A stretch of 59,546 bases of DNA, counting the filler, from Circinaria calcarea (Eukaryota): NCBI GenBank assembly GCA_051942165.1. It is 3 parts of 3 records of this genome, joined end to end, with 100 filler letters (N's around TTAATTAATTAA, not from the genome) between each part and the next. Parts side by side here need not be neighbours in the genome. Positions count along the whole stretch, not along the records: positions 19,892 to 39,680 come from JAVECS010000191.1; 2 more parts are not named here. One strand, 5' to 3'. Shown here piece after piece: positions 24,287 to 37,536 of this stretch. The notes beneath the pieces are model-generated. The model was not told where the DNA came from and made no database searches. It saw nothing but the letters and a program-made list of their open reading frames with translations. Position numbers and translations under genes: made by a program. Within the stretch, counting starts at the first letter, position 1. The number at the start of each line of letters is the position of its first letter.

Positions 24287-25849
24287 CTATCTGACTCCGG
24301 CCCCAAACTGCTTGTTAAACGCCCTCCCGATTACAATCCGCCTCACCTCGCTTGTACCCGCCCCAATCTCGTACAACTTCGCATCCCTGAGTAACCTCCC
24401 CGCCGGCACCTCGTTCACGTAGCCCATGCCTCCCATCAACTGGATCGCGTCCAGGGCGCACTCGGTGGCTCTTTCCGCCGCGTACAGGATACAGCCGGCG
24501 CAGTCTTCGGTTTGGATGGCACCGGCCTCGTCGACGGATTGGGCGGTGCGGTACGTGTACGAGCGAGACGCTTGCATCTTGGTGTACATGTCGGCGAGTT
24601 TGGCTTGGATGAGCTGGGTGTGAGCGATAGGGGTGGAGAATTGGGTGCGGGTGTGGGTGTAAGGGAGAACGAGGTCGAGGGCGGCTTGCATTATTCTGCA
24701 GGGAGGAACAGGGGTTTTAGATATTTCGGAAATGAGGAACATAGGGGGGGTTCTTACCCCAGTGGTCCGGCGCTGAGGACTAATCTTTCGATATCGAGTC
24801 CTTCCATCAGAACCCGGACCCCGCGATTGAGTTCCCCGAGGAGATTCTCGCGAGGGACGAAAACGTTGTCGAAGATTAGTTCTCCGGTATTGGAGCCGCG
24901 CATGCCGAGTTTGTCTAGCTTTCGGGCAACTGAGAATCCGGAGGCTGAGCTGTCCACGACAAACGCTGTGATACCCTTTGATGCTTTCTCTGGCTCCGTC
25001 TTTGCATAGACGATGATGTGATGAGCGTCGGGTCCCTGGTATTGATCAATCCTACCGTTGACATGAATGCGAGATCACAAGTAATCCTACATTGGTAATC
25101 CACATCTTTGTACCATTCAGCACCCAGCCACCGTCCACGGCTTTGGCAGTAGTCTTCATACTCACGACATCCGAACCCGCAGAATGTTCAGACATGGCGA
25201 GTGCACCAATCTTTTCTCCCGAAATCAGCCCCGGGAGGAAGCGCTCTTTCTGTTCCCGGGTCCCGTTCAGAGAGAGCTGATTGATGCAGAGCTGCGAATG
25301 GGCGGCGTAAGATAGACCAATGCTACCTGAATATATCAGCCCGTCTTCACCATATGTTAGAACTCGAGTTTTCAGCACACATACCTGACGATCTACTGAT
25401 TTCCTCCATAACAATGCAATGGGCTTGATATCCCATGGCCAAGCCACCGTAATCCTCCTCGGCTGTGATACCAAGGAACCTCCAACCTAGTCAGAGGAGG
25501 TTGTACATTTTATGCACAGAGGGGACTAACCCAGCTTCCCCAAGCTTTCTCCACATATCTGAAGGAAACTCATTCTCGCGGTCTGTTTTGGCAGCAACAT
25601 GTTCGGGGATCTCACGCCCTATTTTGTCTATTAGTGGTGAATCCTCGCTGATCCTAACATTTCCTGCCTACTTGTAAACTCTTGTACCCGTTCCCTCAGC
25701 TCCAACAGGTCCTCGCTTGACGGGGCTACGAAGCCCTTGGGATGCTTCGTGGACGCTGCGCACTTGGCAACCAATGGATATCTTGGCCTGGACCGTCCGA
25801 TCTGACGGATTGCGTTGCTGAACGCTCTATGTACAATGGAGGCTGACAT
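24287..25849 (-). CDS. ivdA: Mitochondrial isovaleryl-CoA dehydrogenase, multi-exon
   Basis: Arg-rich presequence; [60 protein letters not shown] and [17 protein letters not shown]. Confidence 0.92.
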
Positions 25850-28800
25850 CTTATAAGCTTGCAACGTTGACGAGATGGTGGTCTTTGGAGTAGGAAGCAG
25901 CAGTCATTTCTCTGGGATAGAATTGAATATGCCTTCGGCTAGCATCGGCTATCTTCCCAAACGGAGTCCCCTCGATAGAATACCATAATGGAAATGTCCT
26001 TCTCCTGAACCCATTTTACTAACCATGAGCTTATCATTAGTAGTCATCCACAGCCTCTTATTCATCGTCTCCAACATGTCTGGAGATTGAGAAGGACAGC
26101 CTTCCCTTGGAACATTCAAAAATGAGCCATCTAGGTTCCCTAATGCTAACACACATCAGAACTTCACTTTACGATATTACTGTGAGTCTCCAGCAATGCT
26201 CTCTTTGTCAGCCTTCTGTCATTTCAACTATGACTTTATGAATTCTCTTTTATCTTGTGGGAATCTGCAACACAACTTCATATTTGAATGCCCTTCACAG
26301 GGGCTATTACCAAAGTATACATCACCCATATCTTTAGTATTGTACAACCACGCAAGGTCGGGAAGACGATATTTAAGTCGATCTTGACTGTCCTAAGTTT
26401 CAACTTACCCCATATGGAAAAGCAAGGGATACCATAATGTTGTCAGTTTCGGTAGGTTTGTGGTATCGAGGGCGAGATGAGCCGTAGGTTCTTCATTCAA
26501 TTTGCATCCTGTATAGCTCAATTCCCTACGTCAGTCCTTAAATCAAGGACGAAGCCTGTTGTGAAAATGTGGAGGAAGAAACAAAGCATAGAAATTGATG
26601 GCTATTGCGTTGGTCTGGGGTCCTCTTACGATCTAACACCCGTGATATCGGCTATGCCGCTTACATCTATTCCTGAAGTCGCCATGGTGAAAACATCGAC
26701 GGCTGGAACGCTATATACAACCATGAAATGAGTTTTCAAGGAATCAAGAGGTCGCCTCGCCAGCCCTTTTCTCCCGCAGCCTCGTACTACACCATTGGTT
26801 CAGACAAAGAGCGAGATCGCTTTCACTCACATTCTGATGCTTGACCATCGATAGCATCTATTCATATGGAATTCTCTGCCGGTAAAGCTCATCTCCATTT
26901 TCATCATCTCAGGCTACTATTTTCGTGATTTTCATTGTTGGCCCGCCCCGGTAAATTTGTTTGATCTGCTGTTTGATAGCCTGCCTTGGTCAAAAGCCAT
27001 ACCAGCACCGCCGAAGCCTTTTGCACGGTTTTTTCGCATTTCCAGTGTATCTTTCAGCTCATAGGATGATACCTCTTGCCTACGACTAGTTGAAACGTAA
27101 CCCCTTCAGACCCCGGCGGTGACGAGGCGGATAGAGATGGGGTGAAACTCCCTGCGTTTGCATCAAACTAACAAAGATTCAACAGACTTTTCCTGGTGAT
27201 GGGGGTTATAGGATACGTGAGACGGGCCTAAATTACAGCAGCTTAACACCTGTGCCTAATTGGAAAGCGAGCAGGCATGAGAGGCTACGGAACCGCGGAA
27301 GGCGACAAGAATAGCCAAGCTACGGAGTTTGCAGAGGACCTTCGGGCTTTCAACGCCCATCGGCAGTCTAGGTTATCATCAATAGTATTCCCTAGCTACT
27401 CTATAAGAGGCATCCTAGGGGAAATCCTACAGGGGCCGTTGCCAACGCTGTTCTCTTGTGGCTTTCTTCGTTATACTCTTTCATCTGGTTCGCCCTTGAC
27501 CGGCAACCCAGTCTTTGGAGTTAAAGGAACTCAGGACCTATACATGTGGTATCGCCGGTTGCTATTCGCATCTTTAGCTCGCCCAAGTGAGATGATTTGG
27601 CCTTGCGTTAGACTCGCATTGACGGGTGGCTTCGCTGTTCTCGCGATGCCAACACTATCCAGATAGGACAGCTCTGTATCTCGATTAACTTAGCCTCCCG
27701 ATTCATACGGAAGGTTGCAGTACGAGAAAATTAATTCGAAACTGCATTGCTGATCATCGGCAAGGAATCACCGGCAAGGAACAGCTAGGGGCGTCTTCTA
27801 CCACTCATTGACCAACATCTAATCGTTTTCAGTAATCACATCAAGCCAAAACCCGGTTATGGAAGAAACTGGAAAGCTGGAATGTACGGAGTAGGTACCT
27901 TCAAATCGTCAGAGTCCCGATGGTGCAAGGCGGTGGTGATCAGGACATTGCTCCTGCCCATTCCTGCGGCTAGGTATGCTCACTTGTCTAGAGCGATGGC
28001 CCATTCGCTCAGGTTTGAGATAACAACAATGTGCACAGCTCAAGAAGGAGCACGATTGACCAGGAAACACCTCTCCAAATACCTTGCGGCTGCACGAGTT
28101 ACGGAAGAAGTCGTATCTCGTTCGAAATGATGGCCAACCGCGAAGGGGAAAACAGCTGGTCCTGAGGAGTCTGCTCCACAAGGCCGTATTTGTTTGCAGT
28201 GATTACTGTAATGCTCCACATACGTGCAGCTGAAGGCAAACAGAATGCTGTATCTTTCACTCCCTCTTGGAGCCGGTGAGGGCCGGACAAGTCGCCGACC
28301 AAGGACGGTGGCCGCCTAGCGTTTGGGGTTTATAGGATATTAGCAATCCCGCGGCGCTGTGGGCCTAGAATATATATTTGGAGATCGTATTGAACCAGCT
28401 GGTATTGCGGCAGATTTTGAAATGCAATCAGTGACAGGTAGCACGTAAGGTACACGTCGATCTTGCGCTCAGGCAGCAGCCGCGCCCTTTCAGCTGCACT
28501 CGTCACCGCAGCCTACCTTAGGCTCGGCTGCTTTTAGGGGAAAGAAAAAGTGCGACGAGAAATGCATTGCTGCCCGATCCTCCTGCACAGACGAGAAAAG
28601 GATTGGGATGTGATTGATGAGGGAGGACGTGACTGGTCTTCGGTGGTTCCTTGGTCTCAACCGATCGATTATCCTCCGCCCAATGCGATACTGTTTTATG
28701 ACCAACTCGAGATGGATACAATGGGGGCCGTGTTGGATGAGTGACTGAATCCCAGGCAAAGGCCCAAGGGGAGGCCTCGGACAAAGCAGCGCCCCACCGA

Positions 28801-29258
28801 GTCCCAATCCACTTACCGCCGACGCCTGACCCATTAAGAACTGCCCTCGCCCCACCCTTTTCTCTTCCCACTCTTCCCACCATTCCCACCATTCATCGCA
28901 ACCCACGTCAGGCGGAGGACTAGAACGCTCATCACACAAGCGATCCTTTATTTGCGCACATCCGGCCAGTTCGGTTGGATAAGAAGGGGGAAGCCTGGTG
29001 AACGATCAACAGCTGAGGGCTCGTACGGCAAAGCCCACCCTTTTAGTCTCCAGGCAACCCCGCGGGCGTCGAGGAAACGACACCTGGACCGACTTCTCCT
29101 TATTTGCGCAACCGTTTTTCCCACCCTTTTGGATCAGGACCGTGGACTCTGGAATTGACCGTGTGATATCTCTCTGTTACCTGTGTCTGCTCTCTGAACA
29201 TCGCTCGTCTGAAGATTCCTTGGATCCATCGTGTTTTCTGTCCTCTGTCCCTATTGCC

Positions 29259-30361
29259 ATGGCTCATCGTGAGCGCACCCGCCAGGCTGACCGGGTGGAG
29301 CGTGAACAACGGGAAGACCCTCGAAGATCTCCAAGGGAAGCAACCACCAGCCGGAGATTACCGTTGAATGACTACTGGATAGACGGCGAAGGCATTAATC
29401 GAGAAGTTTTGCAAATTGAAATCTGCAAATATCTAGGCGCCGAGGCCACCTCCCGGCCAGGAGATTACAATGTTGGGATCACTTGGTTTGATGGCTTCTA
29501 CTTTGCGCTGACAAGATCCAGGGACGACGAGGCTATAGAATCAAAGCGTTGCGTCCGTTCACCCCGGTATGATTTTCCATCATGAGGCTTTCTGGAGCCA
29601 CTGCTCATTGATATCACCAGGAAATGTTAGACGACCTGAAATTAGCATCGCAAGCTTACATGTCGGAGAACCGCACTGCCCGTGCTCGTGGATACCAAGG
29701 TAGTCCATTGCGTTTTACACATGTGAACGAGGAGCCTAACCATGTTACAGAAACTCCCTATGCACATTCCGATACTCGTCGACGAGCAGATGATCACGGA
29801 TTTGCCCCTCCCTCCGAGGATCGCTTCCAGCCTCCTAGTTCTATCTATCCAGATAACGGCTTGTACCAGGCAGGCCCGGGCTATCCTCAAGGTCCCGTCT
29901 ACTCATCCGAGCCAGGATATGTGCCTGGATCTGGATATATCACTTCAGGGCCTGGACAACCGTCCAACTTTCCAGCAATGGCCGATCCTAGGGGCTATCC
30001 AAATCCGAATTACGGTATATATGCGCAACCTAGTGCGGGTAACTATCCAGAACAATCATACCCATATTCCACAGGTCCTGTGTATGGAGAACCGGTCCAA
30101 CCTAGAAGCAACGGGATCCCTGCTGAATTTCTATACTCAACAACCGCTTCGAATGTAGCAAGCCGTCCAGCTCCTGTGGATGAACGGTATGGTAGAGAAT
30201 ATTATGAGTCCCAAGGACCCATGCAGCCTCCAGTAGGTGGCAGAGGTGGTGGTGGGTATGGTGTTTCGCAACGTGGACAACCATCTCCATATGAATCAGC
30301 ACCCTCATATGACCGGCAAGACCCATCCAGGGATCAATACAGCAGCCGTCGACGCCAATGA
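29259..30361 (+). CDS. RfeG-like fungal protein with Tyr/Gly/Pro/Gln-rich low-complexity tail, 4 exons
   Basis: Spliced YWIDGEGINREVLQIEICKYLGAEATSRPGDYNGRRGYRIKALRPFTPEMLDDLK resembles the RfeG domain (GIDREVITADICRYLG...) as I recall it; introns start at 29472, ~29567 and ~29700. Confidence 0.65.
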
Positions 30362-32398
30362 TCCGTACTATGATCCTTGGGCTTACCATGCTTTGCATTT
30401 TTGTGATCTGTTGGAAATCTTGCCAACTTAGAGAGCTTCACAGCTTCTGGATATGGGTCCATTGTTTTTGTGATTGCTCTGAATCATACAAAACCCACCA
30501 AATAGGCTTCGGTTGGCGCTGTGCTCTACACAGGACTTCCACGGAAGCTAGGGGCTTTGAAAAAGGCGGGAGCCACCTCAGGTACCTCTGTACAATTGCT
30601 GGATAATGTGCGGTTGACCGCATCCTCCGAGGCCTACCTACTTCCGTATTTACCCTTGCCGGCCTTTGGATCAGACCAATTGCGCGCTTACCTGATCGTG
30701 GAGCATTGTTTGTGGAGTACTAATATGTTCAAGTTGACCCCTCGATCAAAACCAGGGGGGGCCATCTGCATCGCAAATTCGCGCCCGCGCCACATTTCTT
30801 TCTATCTACTTTCGTTTCGGATGGATTTCCTGGGAATATCTATTGAGCCCTCGTCATCTTTATATCACAGTGGTACAGGACGGTGGCAAATGTCAAGAGG
30901 TCGAGTACCGTACTCCATTTTTAGCCTTGTATAAATTAGTTTGCCAGTTTACGAGGGAACCAGTGTTTCTGTTGCATCTTTAGGCGTGGATTGGAGGCTT
31001 CATGGCAGCCGCCATCATGCATTTGGTTTCGGGTACCACATCAGCAAATAACATGCTTGACATGATCCAACATGCATCTACATCAGTGAAATTAACGGGG
31101 CAACCCACTCACACCTATACGCAGACTTGATTAATTCGAGTGTCCGGCGCGTCGAGCACATGAACGCAATGGTTCGCGTTTATACTCTTGCGGCATTTTC
31201 TCCAGGTTGGGGGATCTCTTCGATACCATGGCTGTACTTCAACTGGGTAATGGAGCAACCTCTCTAGTTTCATCATCTTGCCCCAAGTGGGTAGTCTACT
31301 TATGGATCGAGCGACCTGGCTGCCCCTTATTATGGACCCATATCCTGTGACTTCTCAAGGGAGCGTCGCTTTGGAACACGGAACATAACTGATCAACCGT
31401 CCTGCTTCTCGACCGTATTCTTAACTCGGGATATGGCGACCTCGAATCTTAGGCCCCATAGTTCTGGCGAGAGCCGCCAACACATTGTTATCCCCATCCG
31501 TTGTCCTTTCGTCCTTGCGCTTTACAAGATAGATACACTGCTTCCCAATAGGGGCATCATAACTAGCTTCGAGGGTATGACATTGAAAGGGTGACCTGAC
31601 CTGCGCCATTCACCACGTACGCATGACCGACAGGCTAGCCATATGTGGTCACCCTGCTATCACAGACGTCACTACCAATAGACCGGTAGTATCATGGCTG
31701 CCTAGAAGCGGCACTGAGTACATACATTATACGCCGGCATATCATATTGTAGATTTAGCCTCCCAGCCTGGCGTGTAAAGCGAGCGGAATATCCAAGTGA
31801 CACGTGCAAGACTTTGTAAACCATCTCGTGCAAGTGAAGAACAGCCTAGGCAGATACCGGAAAATCATCCTCAGTGGCAATGGGCGCTATTTTAATTGCC
31901 ATCTCTGTCCGTGGTACTACGGTATAAATGGAAAGGGTGAACACTTCAAATTAACAGCATCCCATTTGCAGACATCCCCGGAGAGCCTTGAAGAATGGGG
32001 GATGATTGATGAGTTTATTGGTCACTAGTCCCTCATGCAGTTACATTTGCCATTATTGCGTCAGGTGCAGACTCTCCAAGATCAGGCTACAGGCCCCGGT
32101 TGCAACCACCAATCTCGTCCTGACGAACAGCCAGCCCCACCAATTAACAAAATCAACTACCTCATTTTACAAAAATCCAACTCAGCATCATTGAGGCGCA
32201 CCTGGAAACGCAACCGTTTCGACCCCTTCTTACTCCGTACGTTTCACTACATACCAGATCAGCATTCTCGTTCCATTTGCGCACCCTTTCCTCGTCTACT
32301 TTGGTCTCGAGATTCTGGGTGTGACATTCCAAACTGATTGGCCTCGTGCCACATTGCAGATTGGAACAAACCGACGGAAGTAAATAATCGTCTCCAAT

Positions 32399-34709
32399 AT
32401 GCCTCGCCATGGTGGAAGCGATTACTACGAGAGAGACCGTGATTACTATGCTCCATCCTCTGCTGGGCGTGGGGCGAGAGTGGCCGAATATGAAGAAATC
32501 GATATTCGAGAACGACGTCGAGGTGCCGCTCGTGAGGCAGACTTTCTTCGTGAAGATTATGCTCGATCAGAGGCGGGGCCGCTGGTGGTTCGCGAAGAGA
32601 GGATCGAGGAGAAAGAACTGTCGAGAGGGCCGAAGAGAGATAGGCGTAGAGAGAGAGAAGTGGAGCGGGATGAGATAGTCATTGCTAGAGGGGTAGGCGA
32701 ACGGCCCAGAGAGCGGGAACGAGAAGTTGAAAGAGAGGAATTGATTTACAGAGCAAAGGAGAGGGACCGAAAACCAATCGAGAGGGAAATTGAGAGGGAG
32801 GAAATCATCTACAGGCCAAGGGAGAGGTCGCCGCCCGCGATCATGAGGGAGAGGGAGGAGTTTGTCTTTCGTCCACGGGAGAGGTCTCCGCCCCGTATCG
32901 TCAAGGAGAGAGAGGAGTGGGCTTTTAATCCACGAAGAAGCGACCCGAAATTCGAGAGCGAAGAGATCACCATCAGAGACAGAAGGGTCGAAAGGGAGCC
33001 AGAGCGGCCGAAATATGAAAGTGAAGAGATTACAATCAGAGATAGGAGGGTAGAGCGAGAGCCGGAAAGGCCGAAGTCGAGGGCATACGATCGGGAGGAG
33101 ATTTCAATTAGAGACAGAAGAGTGGAGCGAGAGCCGGAAAGACCGCGGTCGAGTGCGTATGACAGAGAAGAGATCACTATTCGGAGAGACGAAAGGGAGG
33201 CTCCCAGGCAAAGAGACCGTGAATACGAGCGAGATGAGATTACCATCCGAAGAAAAGAGAGATCAAGATCCAGGGACCGGCCCAGACCGAGTGAAGCCAA
33301 CTTCGAGCGAGAAGATATTATCATTCGGAGGGATGAGCGCGAGAGACCTCGGGAGAGAGACTACAAAGAAGAGGAGCTTATCATTCGTAGGGATGAGAGG
33401 GAACGACCAAGGGAGAGAGAATATCGAGAAGAAGAGCTTCTTATCCGGAGGGAGGAGCGAGATAGACCTAAAGAGGGCAACAGGGAGGAAATCATCATAA
33501 GGAGAGAAAGAGAACCTGAACCTGAACCCGAGCCAGAACCAATAATCATAGCAGAGCCACCAGTGATTCGAGCTCCACCAATACATCAGGAGATCATCAC
33601 CCATCATCGGCACATAGATCATGGTAGGCTCGATTTCAGCAATCCTGGTCGTCAAAGGATGTAGCTAACTTTTGAAGGTTTCGAGACCAGAGTACCTATG
33701 ACTGCCCCTGCGCCGCCTCGTCCACGAACTCCGCCACGTCCTCGATCTCCTTCACCAGCCAAGACCACTTTTGAAGAAATAGAGATTCGTCGCCGGTAAG
33801 TACTTCTTTTCGATCAAACCCCATATGCTGATTTTATCCGTAAGGGCCGAACGCAACGGCAAAACCTATGACGACGATATTATCATTGACACCCGCCGAA
33901 GGGCGAGTGAAAGTCGACCCGCTCCCTCACGGCGCCGTTCATTGAGCGTTGGCAACCAATCTCGCGCCTACGATCTCGATATTGAAGACGAAGCCGAGTA
34001 TTACCGTCGTAAGACCGCCGAGCGTGCATTTATTGGCGAAGCCTATAATGGTGCGACGAAAGACTGGGCAATCATCGACGTTCCGCCTGGCACTAGCCGG
34101 GTGAGACTGGACGGCGTAGGGGGAGCGTCACAAGAAGTAACTTGGCAGCGGTATAATGGCGTACGGCGTAGTAAGTTTATTCAGGATGAGGAGGTTTATG
34201 GTGGTGAAATAGAGGAGCCATCGCCAAGGGGACTGGATCGAGGGAGGAGGTTTGTGGCCCAGAAGCCGAAGACGGAGGTTATGTGGACGGAAATCACCAA
34301 GGACCTGGTCGTCAAGGAAGCGATTGAAGGGATGGGTTATGACTTCGAGGAGACGGAGTTCTTCTATTACGTTATGGAGTATCTGCGCTATGTATGTGGC
34401 TTTCTTACTTTCCTCTTACCTGGTCTGGCTCCCCGGTACGATTGATACTGACTTCTCTCCAAGGAGGACGTGCTCCGACTTGTATCTATCTCCGACGATC
34501 TCCGCCATGAACGTCGCGATCGTATCCGACAGATTGAGTATGAGCGCAGTCATCCTCCCGAACGTGAGCGACCTCAGAGACAGATTGCCGCTACGCCGTG
34601 GGACGAGGAGAGAATATTCGAGAGAGAGATTATCTATGATCGACCGCCGCCGCCGCCACCGCCACCGGCGAGGAGGGAGGTTCGGGAGAGGACATATGTC
34701 TTGCGGTGA
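32399..34709 (+). CDS. Arg/Glu-rich mixed-charge repeat protein with conserved fungal C-terminal domain (DUF8035-like, unverified), 4 exons
   Basis: Many (R/E)EEI(I/T)IRR units; HQEIITHHRHIDHG, KDWAIIDVPPGT...WQRYNGVRRSKF and MWTEITKDLVVKEAI...YYVMEYLRY; GT-AG introns near 33624, 33796 and 34392. Confidence 0.8.
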
Positions 34710-36018
34710 GCTGGACGGATGGACGGTGACGTAGACCAGGGAAGGATGATGGATAAACCGAGGGTCGAGGATCTGGGTTCCCGCAGGCATGGCAATTTGA
34801 GTACAGAGAGGCATGACTTACGACTTTACGACATGTGTTTTGACGGGTAGTTGAATATGCACGGTACCTAGTAATACATGGACAACGGTTCTCCGTCGGT
34901 TTCAGCTGCAAGTCTTCTATTAAGCTGGGGTGGCGTGGGGTTCCGCGTAGACGGTTGAATATATTTTTATTGAATCGACTGCACATTAAAGGCAGTTCTG
35001 GGAGCTAACCCGAGGGAGTGAAGTCAGTGGCTTACCGGTGTTTAGATAATTCCAAGTCGGGTTGCTTTGCGAAGTAACGTCGGTGTTGGATGTGGAGTAC
35101 ACGGATAGCAAGAGACACGGAGCCATCAGGGTCAATGGGGATATCTAAATAACTGCCAAGAATTACTGCCTCTTCTCCGACCAGTCGTCAACATAAAGCA
35201 GCAGCATTTGGTCCGAATCTTACCTACTCCGATAGAATACTGCTGTGGAACACTGGCTGCAAAGCCTCTACTCCGTATTTGATGTCCGGTCCTATCCGCC
35301 CTCACACAAGGGATTCGGTCCCTTGCGCAAAATTGGTCGAGCAGACAAGCCAAGCAAATCCCTACGGTACGGGGTAAGACCCTGCTGTACGACATGTCTT
35401 CAGCCACGCGGTTTCCCTCTCACAGATGACCGGATCCTGTGTATACCTCCTTCCTACTATTGTAAGAGGCCGGTAGCGTGGATGAATACAAGGAGATGGA
35501 CGCTCTAACGGCCATACCCGCGCTGGCGGTAGATCTCCCCCGCAGTGGCTTTGATCGACAGGACCGCTGGTATTCGGATAATTCCCTTGGTGATCAGGTG
35601 TCCAACACAAGTACCTCATGCACGCTGACTACGGAGTACTATTTATATGTAAGGTATAGTCCATCTGCACGCTGGCGGGGTTACGCAAGGGGACAAACAA
35701 ACATCGATGCAGCAAAGCTCGGCATCTTTGCTGATTTAACCGTCGATATTACCATGGCGGACCCGAGGACCTTCCTAATGACTCGAGGGCCCCCCCCCTA
35801 GTACCTTGTTTAGGCCTGCAACAGCTCTTGTCATCTGCGAGGTCGGATCACAAGGACCAGCAACTACGGTGCCGGTACTTTGGCTGGAATGGGACCGTTA
35901 TACAAGGGGATTTGACGGACTCGGGCGAGGATACGAGCTGGATGTCGTACTTTCCTGCTGACGAGAGAGAGCAAGAGGTATTTCATCTCCTACTACTCTG
36001 GACGCCTCAGAACCTATG

Positions 36019-36026
36019 TATAAATA
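36019..36026 (+). promoter_or_regulatory. TATA box
   Basis: TATAAATA followed by a CT-rich tract, ~135 bp upstream of ATG 36157. Confidence 0.6.
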
Positions 36027-36156
36027 TCTCCTACCATGTCCTTTCTTTCCTCTCTCTCCCATCCCCATCTCCATCCCCATCTCCATCAACAATTAACTTC
36101 CAATTGCCTTTGTTTCCCCAAACCCTCGCGAACAATACCCATCCTTTCTATCCAAC

Positions 36157-36643
36157 ATGCACTTCTCCACTCTCCTCTTCGCGGCTCTGGCCAGCGTCAG
36201 TCTCGCAGCCCCTCTCGAGCCCCGTGCTTCCTCGTGGACCCTGCAAGCCTTCACCCGGACTTGCACCGACACCCCCAACCAGTGCCACTATGCCTACAAC
36301 ATCAACACCAACGACAATACCCAGCCCACAGCCTGTAGTTACGACATCGTCGGTACAGCCAGTACGATCGCTGCCCAACAGTCGTATACCGTCAACTGCG
36401 GCGCGTTCGTCGTCAGCTCCAGCTGGAGCGGGCAGTTTGGGCCGAACAATGGCTTTCAAACACTTGCCCTCAATAGGAGCGGGTAAGCCTAAGCTTTCTT
36501 TTTTCATTGTTGTTGGAGATTCTCGGAAAAAAGACTGATTTTCCCCGGGGGGGTGTGATAGGCAAATTATGTATGTTGGATACAGTGACGCGGAGCTCAG
36601 GAATGGAGTTGCGGTTAGCCCAGACCATACCACTAACGCATAA
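36157..36643 (+). CDS. Small secreted 4-Cys protein (~135 aa), 2 exons
   Basis: Signal peptide MHFSTLLFAALASVSLA-AP, four Cys, SWSGQFGPNNGF motif. Intron 36483-36561 (GTAAGC...CTGAT...TAG) leads to exon 2 QIMYVGYSDAELRNGVAVSPDHTTNA*. Confidence 0.85.
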
Positions 36644-37536
36644 GCTATCCGCAACGAAAACTGCATAAATGGACACAGAGCGGCGAAGACGGGAAAGCTG
36701 GAAAGAGTGATTTTAGGAGAAACAATGGGGCAAATTGATGATAGTTGGAATTAGCACTGATTGTGATTTTGTGATTGAGTTTGAGATTGGGCGTTTGTAT
36801 CAGAAAGGGGACAACTGCATATTTGGAATTCTTGCATCAGCATACACACTCTTTTAGTTTCAACAAAAAGGCTTTACATGATGCCATCAATCCCGCCTGT
36901 TGACAAAGCACACCCTCCAAACCTATCCATCTCCATGTATCATCCCCTACTAGACATTGATTCTCTTAGCATCACTCATCCACAGACCATGCCCGAAAGT
37001 CTAGCACCGCGCTTTTAAAACATATCGTTCAGCTCTAATTTGGGGCAAAGAAAGAGAAAGAGAACAACAGAAAAGATACCGCGTCCGGTTTAAGTATATT
37101 GCAGATTCGAATCTTCGGGGTTCTTCTACAAGCTCCTGTTGTTCAAAATGCTGAATTGAGTTTCGCGGTTGGTCGGAACGGATACAAGCAGTCTGGCACA
37201 GCATGCCTTTTAAACTGGAAAACTGGAAGCGTTTCGATTCATGAGATAGATTGGAGAGTCGAAGGGATAATTGTTCATAGCGTACAGAGTTACACAGTGC
37301 GGCGTTCCGGGCGTATCGCTTTGCCCGAATTTGAAACAAAGAATCGCATGTGAAGTGAAAGGCCAAAAGGAGGCGCCTAAATTAGATACAAGGCAAGTCA
37401 CGTTTCAGCTTACGTCAACCTTCCACTGAGTACAGCCCACGTCGTCCTTATCACACCTCTCCTCCATCCTCCAGTCACATCAACCTCAACAACCCTTCAT
37501 CAATACGAAGTAATACTGCAATCCAACACAGTCACG

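Noticed and set aside
35307..35325. Hairpin CAAGGGA-TTCGG-TCCCTTG
   Set aside because: A 7-bp stem is expected by chance in 60 kb; no tRNA or ncRNA context.
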